Of a stretch of 64,000 nt of DNA, positions 27,207-35,270 are shown piece after piece. Source of the stretch: Candidatus Cloacimonadales bacterium (GTDB lineage: Bacteria > Cloacimonadota > Cloacimonadia > Cloacimonadales > JAIOQZ01). The notes under the pieces were generated by a model. It searched no databases. It saw only the letters and a list, made by a program, of their open reading frames with translations, and was not told the origin of the DNA. Position numbers and translations under genes: made by a program. Numbering within the stretch: the first letter of the stretch is position 1; each line of letters opens with the position of its first letter. The stretch covers positions 2,560,001-2,624,000 of the forward strand of contig OY771587.1 in assembly GCA_963674825.1 (NCBI GenBank), read 5' to 3'.

Positions 27207-29279
27207 ATGAAAGCGCCCCAAAAGAGTCGGCTTGGTAAAGCAACACGATCACTAACGCTGGTCTTACTCATTCTTCTGGCAGCGCCATGTTTATGGCTCC
27301 ATGCCGCTGTGAAAGAGGTTGCCGGCGGTGTACAGTTCCTGTATGACGCGCCGGATGCGCAGTCCGTCTCGGTGGCGGGGTCGTTCAACGAATGGAACAC
27401 CTCGGCGTCACCGATGAGCATGAACGATGACGGTATCTGGACCGTCACCGTCAAATTGCCTCCCGGAAAGCATCAGTACAAATTTGTGGTCGATGGTAAC
27501 TGGTATTTCGATCCCGATCATAGCAACCTGATGGACGATGGCTACGGCGGATCGAATTCACTGGTGGAGATAGACGGTAAAGGTAAGATGGTCGCTGCTT
27601 CGCAGGTTGAATTCAAGCGTGACGGCATCGCCAGCATGATCAACCCGAAGGTCTTTTTCAATGGCCGTTACTATGCGAAGTACATCTTCGAGAAAGAAAA
27701 GGACGAATCGCGCTATATGCTCGACAAACCGTTGCATGTTATCGATCTCGGCCTGAAAATCCGTTTCAACGACCAGTTTGAAGGCTACACGGTGATGAAT
27801 ATAAACAACACCGATGAAGGCACCGATATGTGGAAAACGCATCTTACCTTCAAACGGACCTATCTCAAGCTTAAAACAGAATATTTCAAGCTGACCGCTT
27901 TCGATAAATACGGCTTCATCACCCTTGACGATCCACTGCACATGGTAGGTGACATCGGCCGCTATGGATATGCCTTCGGTTACGACCAGCGCGGTGTGTA
28001 TGCAAAGACGGCAGATGAATTCTTCGACAACCTCATGGGCAGTGTTCCGATCCGCTTCGAAGTGGAAGGACTCTACTCCGACGACGCAGGCGATTCCGAA
28101 AACGATACAGGTGCAGGTCGCCTGAAAACAAGCTGGCTGGTTTCGCAGCGTGAGAACAACGAAAAGACCCTCCGTCTTGGTGGTACGATGTACGGAACAA
28201 GGATCTCATCATCAACGCTTCTGCAAAAGCATGACAGCTACGGTTTCGATATTGCATACGAACACAGCATGATGGGATCGAACTGGAAAGCTCCCATGAA
28301 GTTTATGGTCGATGCTGAATATTACTCCTTCGAAAACCGTGATAACTACAAGAATTACGGTCAGGAAAACTACGAGTACATTACGGAAGAAGAAAACACC
28401 TGGATGGAAGGTAATGCCGGTTGGTTTGGCCTTCAGGTCGATTTCCCGGCAGCGCTCAAGCTGAACGCCAACGTCCAGACCAATACTGTCGAATGGACGA
28501 TCGGTACTGGTGCAAATCCGAACGGACTTGTGCCGAATCCCGAGACGACCAAAGAAGAAGTTACACGAAATCGTATCGGTTTCGGCGCAGATTTCGAAGC
28601 AGGTAATTTCACTGCCAACATCGGCATGAAATACTGGACCTACGAATTCCCTGATTCGCTCGTAAGCTGGTACGACTACTACCAGTATATGGAACGCACC
28701 GACGGTAATGGCCGCTGGTTCCAGCGCTACTCCGATGTCCCGTTCAATCGCTACACCGTGCTTGGCTACGAGGAAGCGCTCACCTGGAATCTCTCGCTGG
28801 GATACAAGTTTGATCTGCTGTTACCGATCGATATCGATTGGGATGCGAACTTCACTCACCAGGGCTTCATGCGAGAAGCGAAGTTCATCGAGAACGTGAT
28901 TGCGGTGGGTATTCATCTCACCGATCAGTGGATGATTTGGTCAAGCACACGTGTGCCGTACTACAACGATCCCTACATGGGCCTCGAAACTGATTTCGGT
29001 AACGACGAAGATGTTTGGGTAAGCAACTACTCAGAACTCGCCTATATCCTTTCGGATCAGGTGCGCATCTCCTTCGGCTGGGGCGTCAATCCGCGCGCAC
29101 TCAACGCTGTCACGGATGAGTTCTATAACGGCGGACGCGACGAATTCCTGACTGAAGCTTCCGACTACGAAGAATACACCGAAAGTGCATACCTTGGAAC
29201 CGGTGAGAAGATTCGCCAGGCCGAGCAAGCGCTCGAGAACGAAAAACGCTTCATGCTGGAAGCTACCTTGAGGTTTTAG
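27207..29279 (+). CDS. CBM48-like (AMPK-beta-type glycogen-binding) domain fused to an uncharacterised outer-membrane beta-barrel
   Basis: AGGAGA RBS, signal peptide, F.YDAPDAQSVSVAGSFNEW...HQYKFVVDGNW..DP...DDGYGGSNS, then ~550 aa of amphipathic strands ending FMLEATLRF. Confidence 0.75.
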   Translation: MKAPQKSRLGKATRSLTLVLLILLAAPCLWLHAAVKEVAGGVQFLYDAPDAQSVSVAGSFNEWNTSASPMSMNDDGIWTVTVKLPPGKHQYKFVVDGNWYFDPDHSNLMDDGYGGSNSLVEIDGKGKMVAASQVEFKRDGIASMINPKVFFNGRYYAKYIFEKEKDESRYMLDKPLHVIDLGLKIRFNDQFEGYTVMNINNTDEGTDMWKTHLTFKRTYLKLKTEYFKLTAFDKYGFITLDDPLHMVGDIGRYGYAFGYDQRGVYAKTADEFFDNLMGSVPIRFEVEGLYSDDAGDSENDTGAGRLKTSWLVSQRENNEKTLRLGGTMYGTRISSSTLLQKHDSYGFDIAYEHSMMGSNWKAPMKFMVDAEYYSFENRDNYKNYGQENYEYITEEENTWMEGNAGWFGLQVDFPAALKLNANVQTNTVEWTIGTGANPNGLVPNPETTKEEVTRNRIGFGADFEAGNFTANIGMKYWTYEFPDSLVSWYDYYQYMERTDGNGRWFQRYSDVPFNRYTVLGYEEALTWNLSLGYKFDLLLPIDIDWDANFTHQGFMREAKFIENVIAVGIHLTDQWMIWSSTRVPYYNDPYMGLETDFGNDEDVWVSNYSELAYILSDQVRISFGWGVNPRALNAVTDEFYNGGRDEFLTEASDYEEYTESAYLGTGEKIRQAEQALENEKRFMLEATLRF

Positions 29280-29288
29280 GGAGGAAGC

Positions 29289-29705
29289 ATGAAAAAAATC
29301 CTGATTCCTCTGGTCATCATCCTGCTAGTTGCGGGATGCGATCTTAACTTCATCAAGAAACGTCTTCCGCCGCCCCATAAGTCGAAAGAAGGCGTGATAT
29401 TCCAGTACGAGGCACCTTCAGCGAGAATGGTAACCCTGGCCGGCGACTTCCCGGATAACCTCTGGGGTGGAACCGCCTCCACCAGCGCACAATACGATCC
29501 CAACATCGATAAAATGTACGACGACGGTACGCACGGCGACCTCGAAGCTGGTGATGGCATCTGGACGCTTGTGAAAAAGCTCCCGCCCGGAAGATACACC
29601 TACAAATACGTGGTCGATCGTAATTCGTGGTTCACGGATCCCAACGCGCTCGATTACACAGATGATGGCTACGGCGGAAAGAATTCCGTACTGGTTATCG
29701 AATAG
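29289..29705 (+). CDS. Small lipoprotein with CBM48-like domain
   Basis: LLVAGC lipobox; FQYEAPSARMVTLAGDF...YTYKYVVD...DP.....DDGYGGKNSV; inserted MYDDGTHGDLEAGDGIW loop. Confidence 0.8.
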   Translation: MKKILIPLVIILLVAGCDLNFIKKRLPPPHKSKEGVIFQYEAPSARMVTLAGDFPDNLWGGTASTSAQYDPNIDKMYDDGTHGDLEAGDGIWTLVKKLPPGRYTYKYVVDRNSWFTDPNALDYTDDGYGGKNSVLVIE

Positions 29706-29722
29706 ATTATGAGGAACGAATT

Positions 29723-30691
29723 ATGAAATGGATTGCAAGCATATTCGCCATATTGTTGATCTTCGCCGCATGCGAAGATACGCCCACTGATAGCCCCTAT
29801 TCTCACAACGCCTCGATAGAGGGTTATGTGCAGTTTGAAGAGGCTACGACTGATACGTTGTCCGCAAACGTTGAGGTATATTTTACCACCGACAGCGATG
29901 AAACCATCAAGGTCGCCGAGACAACAACCGATCAGACCGGTTACTGGCGTGTGGATGGACTGACCGCAGATGAATATTTCATCTACTTCTATTCGGACAC
30001 CTACGGTAGCACCAACGCCACGGCTACGGCTGTAGCGAACGAGATCACCATGGTCGATACGGTCACGTTCGAGTACTCCGAACCGATCGAATTTCGCGAG
30101 ATCACTGTGGACGGCGATTCTACCGACTGGGATCAGCCCATATACGAGAACAATCATGCTTCCGACTGGGGCCCGAACAACTTCGAAAACCTCTATATGG
30201 CTCAGAACGAAACCCACCTCTTCATCTGCCTGACTGGTGAATTCTCGTCATCGGACAACGCGGTCAATATCTACCTCGATACCGACTTCGTTGCAGGAAT
30301 CGGTGTAAGGGATTTCTCTACCATCGCGGGTGGCGATCCGGGTAATCAGCTAAGAAAGAATGTCGTGGTCAATGCACCTGAGGCATTCGGTGCGGATGTG
30401 GCCCTCACCAACTGGGCGCTGCAGAATCCACTTCTGGTAAGCCTCGCCGACCCGACAGCTGTTGATTCGAATGTACTGGAGGCTGAAGTAGCCATGACGG
30501 CAAGCTGTATCGAGCTTGCGATTCCGTTTGAGCAGCTTTATGGGAGCAGTAGTGCTCCGAGCGGACAGAAAATTGCGCTGGTTGCGATCATCGGTGGTGG
30601 CGGCGACGCTTATTTCGCCGGTGACTCAATTCCGCAGCAAACGAATGTCGCCAGTTTCCAGAGCGTCATCGAAGCCATGTTATCTGAATAA
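29723..30691 (+). CDS. Lipoprotein with prealbumin/carboxypeptidase-regulatory-like domain + CBM9/DOMON-like domain
   Basis: IFAAC lipobox; TTTDQTGYW..GL; ITVDGDSTDW, IYLDTD and IELAIPFEQLY motifs. Confidence 0.6.
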   Translation: MKWIASIFAILLIFAACEDTPTDSPYSHNASIEGYVQFEEATTDTLSANVEVYFTTDSDETIKVAETTTDQTGYWRVDGLTADEYFIYFYSDTYGSTNATATAVANEITMVDTVTFEYSEPIEFREITVDGDSTDWDQPIYENNHASDWGPNNFENLYMAQNETHLFICLTGEFSSSDNAVNIYLDTDFVAGIGVRDFSTIAGGDPGNQLRKNVVVNAPEAFGADVALTNWALQNPLLVSLADPTAVDSNVLEAEVAMTASCIELAIPFEQLYGSSSAPSGQKIALVAIIGGGGDAYFAGDSIPQQTNVASFQSVIEAMLSE

Positions 30692-30712
30692 TCAAGCATT
30701 GGAGGAGAGTCC

Positions 30713-33700
30713 ATGAGGAATATATTCATCTCTGTATTGTTTGCTGTCGTGCTCGTCATAGCCGGCTGCGCCACCCTCGGTTTCGGTGATTTCGAAGGAG
30801 AGACCCGTCATGCCGATTCAGGTGCGACCGAGCAGGTGAGCGCTGGCACAACTACACTAACCTATATCAACCCGAGCGCTAATAGCGTTCACATAGCCGG
30901 TTCGTTTAACGACTGGAATTCAAGTGCCACGCCGATGAAAAAAGTCGGTGAAAAATGGCAGGCGAATCTCGATCTTGAACCGGGTGAATACATGTACAAA
31001 TTCGTGATCAACGGTGCTGACTGGATCGCTGATCCTAAAAACGACAACACCGCGGACGACGGATATGGTGGTGTGAATTCTGTGCTGACCGTTACCGGTT
31101 CGGCAAAGAAGACCGATCGCGATTTCAAACCGAAGAAGGCCGAAGCATCAGATGGAACCGTGGTTACCTATAAAGATGGTGGCGCGACATCGGTATCGAT
31201 CGCGGGTGAATTCAATAACTGGGATATGGCCGCTAACCCGATGACCAAAGACGGCGACACCTGGTCGGTAGCGCTCGATCTGGCTCCGGGAGACTATATG
31301 TACAAATTCGTGGTCAACGGCTCCGACTGGAAGGTTGATCCGAACAATCCCAATACTGCTGATGACGGTTACGGCGGACAGAATTCAGTCCTGACAGTCG
31401 GCGGAACCGCGAAAAAGGCAGCCAAGAAAGAAGCTCCCAAGCCGGTGATGACCGAAGGCGGTACTGTGGTAACCTACAAGGACGCGGGTGCTTCATCGGT
31501 ATCGATTGCTGGTGAGTTCAACAACTGGGATATGGCCGCAAACCCGATGACCAAAGACGGCGACACCTGGTCGGTAGCGCTTGATCTGGCTCCGGGCGAC
31601 TACATGTACAAATTCGTAGTCAACGGTTCCGACTGGAAGGTTGATCCGAACAATCCCAATACTGCTGATGACGGTTACGGCGGACAGAACTCAATACTGA
31701 CTGTCGGTGGAACCGCGAAAAAAGCAGCCAAGAAAGAAGCTCCCAAGCCGGTGAAGATTGAAGGCAGCACCATCATGACATACAAAGACGCAGGCGCAAC
31801 ATCGGTATCGATCGCGGGAGATTTCAATAATTGGGATATGGCTGCAACTCCGATGACCAAAGACGGCGACACCTGGAAGGTTGGGCTGGACCTGGCTCCG
31901 GGTGAATACATGTATAAATTCGTAGTTAACGGCTCCGATTGGAAAACCGATCCGAAAAATGACAACAAGGCGGATGATGGCTACGGTGGACAAAACTCGG
32001 TGCTGATAATCGGCGACGGGCAAAAAACGGGGGAGAAGAGCGTGTCAACGAAAGTAGAACCAAAGACCGCAGCGGGTGACGTACCGGTTACTTTTACTTA
32101 CCAACCGCTGATCGGTGGCAAGCACGATATCTATGTAGCCGGAGATTTCAACGAGTGGTCTCCCACGGCGAACAAGATGAAAGAAGACGCCGGTATCTAT
32201 TCGACGACCATGAACCTTCAGCAGGGTAAATACGCCTACAAATTCGTGGTCGATGGCAACTGGATTACGGACGAAAACGCTGTCGAATTCGCTGGTGACG
32301 GTTATGGCGGCCAAAACTCGATCGTCTATGCCGGTGACCCGAAAGAGCTCAACGCGCTGCGTAAGGTCAAATTCCGCTACAAACCCGGTAAGATCGTTAA
32401 AGATGTCTATCTCGCCGGTTCTTTCAATGCTTGGAACCAGAAAGAAGACCGCATGCTCGATACCGGTGACGGTACCTACGAAGTGATCCTGCTTCTCAAA
32501 CCGGACGAATACCACTACAAGTTCGTGGTTGACGGCATGGAATGGCTGCACGATCCAAACGCGCAGCGTTATGCGGACGATGGCTTTGGCGGCAAGAACT
32601 CCGTCGTGCTGGTTGATGACAGCTTCCCTATCGTGACCCTCGAGAAAGCCGATGGTCAGATGCTCATATACGGTATCTCCACAGAGCAGACCATCGAGAC
32701 AGTCAATCCGCTTTCCGAAAAGACGGTTGAGTTCAAGACAAAGGCTCATCTGAACGATGTTGAGAATGTCACCTTCTGGAAAGACGGTAAAGAGATGCCC
32801 ATGAAGCTCATCTCCGAAGACGGAAGCTTCGAATACTACAAAATTTTGATCGATACACCGAATCCGGACGAACAGTTCGATTACTGCTTTATCTACCATG
32901 ACGGTGATAAGAAATTCTACCTGCTGAACGGCGAGATCGTCGAGAAGATGGATCGCACGAAGCTGTTCCATTACCCGGTCGAAGGCTTGGAACCCTTCAT
33001 CACCCCCAACTGGGTCAAAGAAGGCGTGATCTACCAGATCTTCCCGGAACGCTTCTACAACGGAAGCAAGGCCAACGATCCCGATTTCAGCGAATGGTAC
33101 TACGATGGCATGCGCACTCCGCCGCCCAAGGGCAAGAAGCTTGCCAAAGATCAGGTCTATTACCGTCTGATCAAAGACTGGTACGACATTGCTCCGCTTA
33201 CCAGCAATCCTTACCACCCGGAAGGAAAGCCGGACTGGTGGGCGTTCTATGGTGGTGACATCGTCGGTGTCCACGAGAAGCTTGATTACCTTCAAGACCT
33301 CGGCATTACCATTATCTATTTCAACCCCATCTTCCAGGCACGTTCGAATCATAAGTACGACGCTGCCGATTACATGAAGATGGACCCGCATTTCGGAACC
33401 GAGCAACAGCTCAAGGACTTTGTTAAAGACGCGCATTCACGCGGAATTCGCATCATCCTCGACGTGGCGTTCAATCACACTGGTGACGCTTTCTGGGCTT
33501 TCCAGGAAGGCAAGAAGAACGGTCCTTCTTCGCCGTACTACACTTGGTACGAATGGAAAAAGTGGCCGATTCCCGAAGGGAACTACAACCCTGCCGATTA
33601 CTACGAATGCTGGTGGGGATTTGGCGAAATGCCGGATCTAGATTACGACCGCAGCCGCCCCAACCCTTCCGAAAACTCGATTACGGATATCAGCCAGGCA

Positions 33701-34558
33701 GAACCCAACCAGCCGGTTGTGGACTACATCCTCGGTCTGGTCGATTATTGGATCGGTGATGTGGGATTCGACGGCTTCCGTCTCGACGTTCCCAACGAAG
33801 TCCCGTTCTGGTTCTGGAAACTTTTCCGCGAACGCGTGAAAGAGGTGAAGCCTGACGCGTACCTGGTGGGCGAGATCTGGAGCAACGCGGTTGACTGGGT
33901 CAACAACGATTACTTCGATGCCGTGATGAACTACGCCTACTTCAAGGATCCGGTGCAGCGCTTCTTCAACCAGCGCAATTGCAGCGCACGCATGTTCGAT
34001 CGCGATCTCAAGCCCGGCCTGCTTACTTACCCGACGCAGGCGACCCAGGTCATGATGAACCTCATTGACAGCCACGACACCTTCCGCTACCTCGAAACAG
34101 CTGGTGGTGACGTGAACAAGCTTAAGATGGCGGCTTTCTTCCAGATGACTTACGTGGGCGCTCCGCACATCTGGTACGGCGACGAAATTGGTATGATGGG
34201 TAAGCACGATCCCGACTGCCGTCGTCCGTTTGAATGGAACTACACCGGCGACAAGGATCGCGTTGCGCTTCGTGACTTCTACAAGAAGCTCATCCAGATC
34301 AGAAAGGAAAACCCCGCGCTTTCCAAGGGTGACTACAAGACCCTGCTAACACGTGATATGGTCTATAGCTATCTGCGTGAGTACAAGGGCGAAAAGATTG
34401 TCTGCGTGATCAACAACGAGCTCGAGCCGCGCGATATCGAAGTGGACGTTCCTGTTACCGGAACTCTGACCGATCTGATGTCCGGCAAGACCTTCACCGT
34501 CAAGGGCGGAAAGCTTACGATCCACCTTGATGGACAGACCGGCGCAATATTGAAATAA
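30713..34558 (+). CDS. Lipoprotein GH13 alpha-glucan hydrolase (neopullulanase/cyclomaltodextrinase-like) with six tandem CBM48-like modules and a CBM34-like domain
   Basis: LVIAGC lipobox; six ..AG.FN.W...Y.YKFV.....DP/E....DG.GG.NS modules; P.WVK.GVIYQIFPERF; GH13 regions DVAFNH, GFRLDVPNE, EIWS, NLIDSHD; GKHDPDCRR. Confidence 0.93.
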   Translation: MRNIFISVLFAVVLVIAGCATLGFGDFEGETRHADSGATEQVSAGTTTLTYINPSANSVHIAGSFNDWNSSATPMKKVGEKWQANLDLEPGEYMYKFVINGADWIADPKNDNTADDGYGGVNSVLTVTGSAKKTDRDFKPKKAEASDGTVVTYKDGGATSVSIAGEFNNWDMAANPMTKDGDTWSVALDLAPGDYMYKFVVNGSDWKVDPNNPNTADDGYGGQNSVLTVGGTAKKAAKKEAPKPVMTEGGTVVTYKDAGASSVSIAGEFNNWDMAANPMTKDGDTWSVALDLAPGDYMYKFVVNGSDWKVDPNNPNTADDGYGGQNSILTVGGTAKKAAKKEAPKPVKIEGSTIMTYKDAGATSVSIAGDFNNWDMAATPMTKDGDTWKVGLDLAPGEYMYKFVVNGSDWKTDPKNDNKADDGYGGQNSVLIIGDGQKTGEKSVSTKVEPKTAAGDVPVTFTYQPLIGGKHDIYVAGDFNEWSPTANKMKEDAGIYSTTMNLQQGKYAYKFVVDGNWITDENAVEFAGDGYGGQNSIVYAGDPKELNALRKVKFRYKPGKIVKDVYLAGSFNAWNQKEDRMLDTGDGTYEVILLLKPDEYHYKFVVDGMEWLHDPNAQRYADDGFGGKNSVVLVDDSFPIVTLEKADGQMLIYGISTEQTIETVNPLSEKTVEFKTKAHLNDVENVTFWKDGKEMPMKLISEDGSFEYYKILIDTPNPDEQFDYCFIYHDGDKKFYLLNGEIVEKMDRTKLFHYPVEGLEPFITPNWVKEGVIYQIFPERFYNGSKANDPDFSEWYYDGMRTPPPKGKKLAKDQVYYRLIKDWYDIAPLTSNPYHPEGKPDWWAFYGGDIVGVHEKLDYLQDLGITIIYFNPIFQARSNHKYDAADYMKMDPHFGTEQQLKDFVKDAHSRGIRIILDVAFNHTGDAFWAFQEGKKNGPSSPYYTWYEWKKWPIPEGNYNPADYYECWWGFGEMPDLDYDRSRPNPSENSITDISQAEPNQPVVDYILGLVDYWIGDVGFDGFRLDVPNEVPFWFWKLFRERVKEVKPDAYLVGEIWSNAVDWVNNDYFDAVMNYAYFKDPVQRFFNQRNCSARMFDRDLKPGLLTYPTQATQVMMNLIDSHDTFRYLETAGGDVNKLKMAAFFQMTYVGAPHIWYGDEIGMMGKHDPDCRRPFEWNYTGDKDRVALRDFYKKLIQIRKENPALSKGDYKTLLTRDMVYSYLREYKGEKIVCVINNELEPRDIEVDVPVTGTLTDLMSGKTFTVKGGKLTIHLDGQTGAILK
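31154..32014 (+). repeat. Three tandem 306-bp (102-aa) intragenic repeats encoding CBM48-like modules 2-4
   Basis: GGGATATGGC recurs at 31221, 31527 and 31833; long identical stretches such as GACTGGAAGGTTGATCCGAACAATCCCAATACTGCTGATGACGGTTACGGCGGACAGAA at 31325 and 31631. Confidence 0.95.
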
Positions 34559-34579
34559 CCTGTAAACCCAGGAGGAAAT

Positions 34580-35068
34580 ATGCGAAGCCTTGAATTTGCT
34601 ATCGAGATGGAAAAAGAAGGTGAGGCGTTTTACCGCGAACTCGCGAATCAATGCGATCAGAAAAGCGGGATAAACTACATCTTCACCATGCTTGCCGATG
34701 ACGAGAGCAAACACCGCCGCGTGTTCATGTCGATCATGCAGTCAAACCCGGAGATGATGCAGGACACCAAGGTTCTGCAGGAGGCAGACAATCTCTTTAT
34801 GAAGCTGCGCTCCGAGAACCGGGCTGTCGATTGCGGCTCGGATCAAGTCGATCTCTACAAAGAGGCGCTTGACATGGAGATCAAGTCCATTGATCTATAC
34901 GAGCAAGCACTCTTGGATATGGATGACGAAAGCGGCAAAAGCCTGCTTAAACGGATTATCACAGAGGAAATGAAGCATAAGAAAATCCTGGAAAATATCA
35001 TCGAACACGTGAATCGGCCCAATGAATGGATCGAAGATGCCGAGTTCAATCAGAAAGAAGAATATTGA
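34580..35068 (+). CDS. Ferritin-like / rubrerythrin-family di-iron protein
   Basis: AIEMEKEG..FY, LADDESKH, ALDMEIKS..LY and EEMKH (duplicated E..E..H). Confidence 0.85.
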   Translation: MRSLEFAIEMEKEGEAFYRELANQCDQKSGINYIFTMLADDESKHRRVFMSIMQSNPEMMQDTKVLQEADNLFMKLRSENRAVDCGSDQVDLYKEALDMEIKSIDLYEQALLDMDDESGKSLLKRIITEEMKHKKILENIIEHVNRPNEWIEDAEFNQKEEY

Positions 35069-35104
35069 TTGAGATAAGTGCATCGATCACGTATTGAAAA
35101 TTTG

Positions 35105-35139
35105 AAGGCGAATCAGTTAATACTGGTTCGCTTTCTTTT
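35105..35139 (+). terminator. Intrinsic terminator ending the glucan locus
   Basis: AAGGCGAATCAGT-TAAT-ACTGGTTCGCTTT followed by CTTTT. Confidence 0.75.
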
Positions 35140-35270
35140 AGCCTTATGGAATATTTTGTGCACGTTTTTGTGAGTGTAAAAATTTAATATGAAGTACTAG
35201 TGTATGCTTCGTCTGGTCTAACTGATTGAAATACCGGACGAATGAAAACAAATCGAGCTTTGGAGGAACG

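Noticed and set aside
31154..32014. Regularly spaced direct repeats as a possible CRISPR array
   Set aside because: The period is 306 bp, in frame within the GH13 gene, with no unique spacers and no cas genes; these are protein domain repeats
35147..35162. TGGAATATTTTGTGCA as a sigma54 promoter for the 35271 gene
   Set aside because: Spacing is correct but there are several mismatches in an AT-rich region; too weak without conservation data
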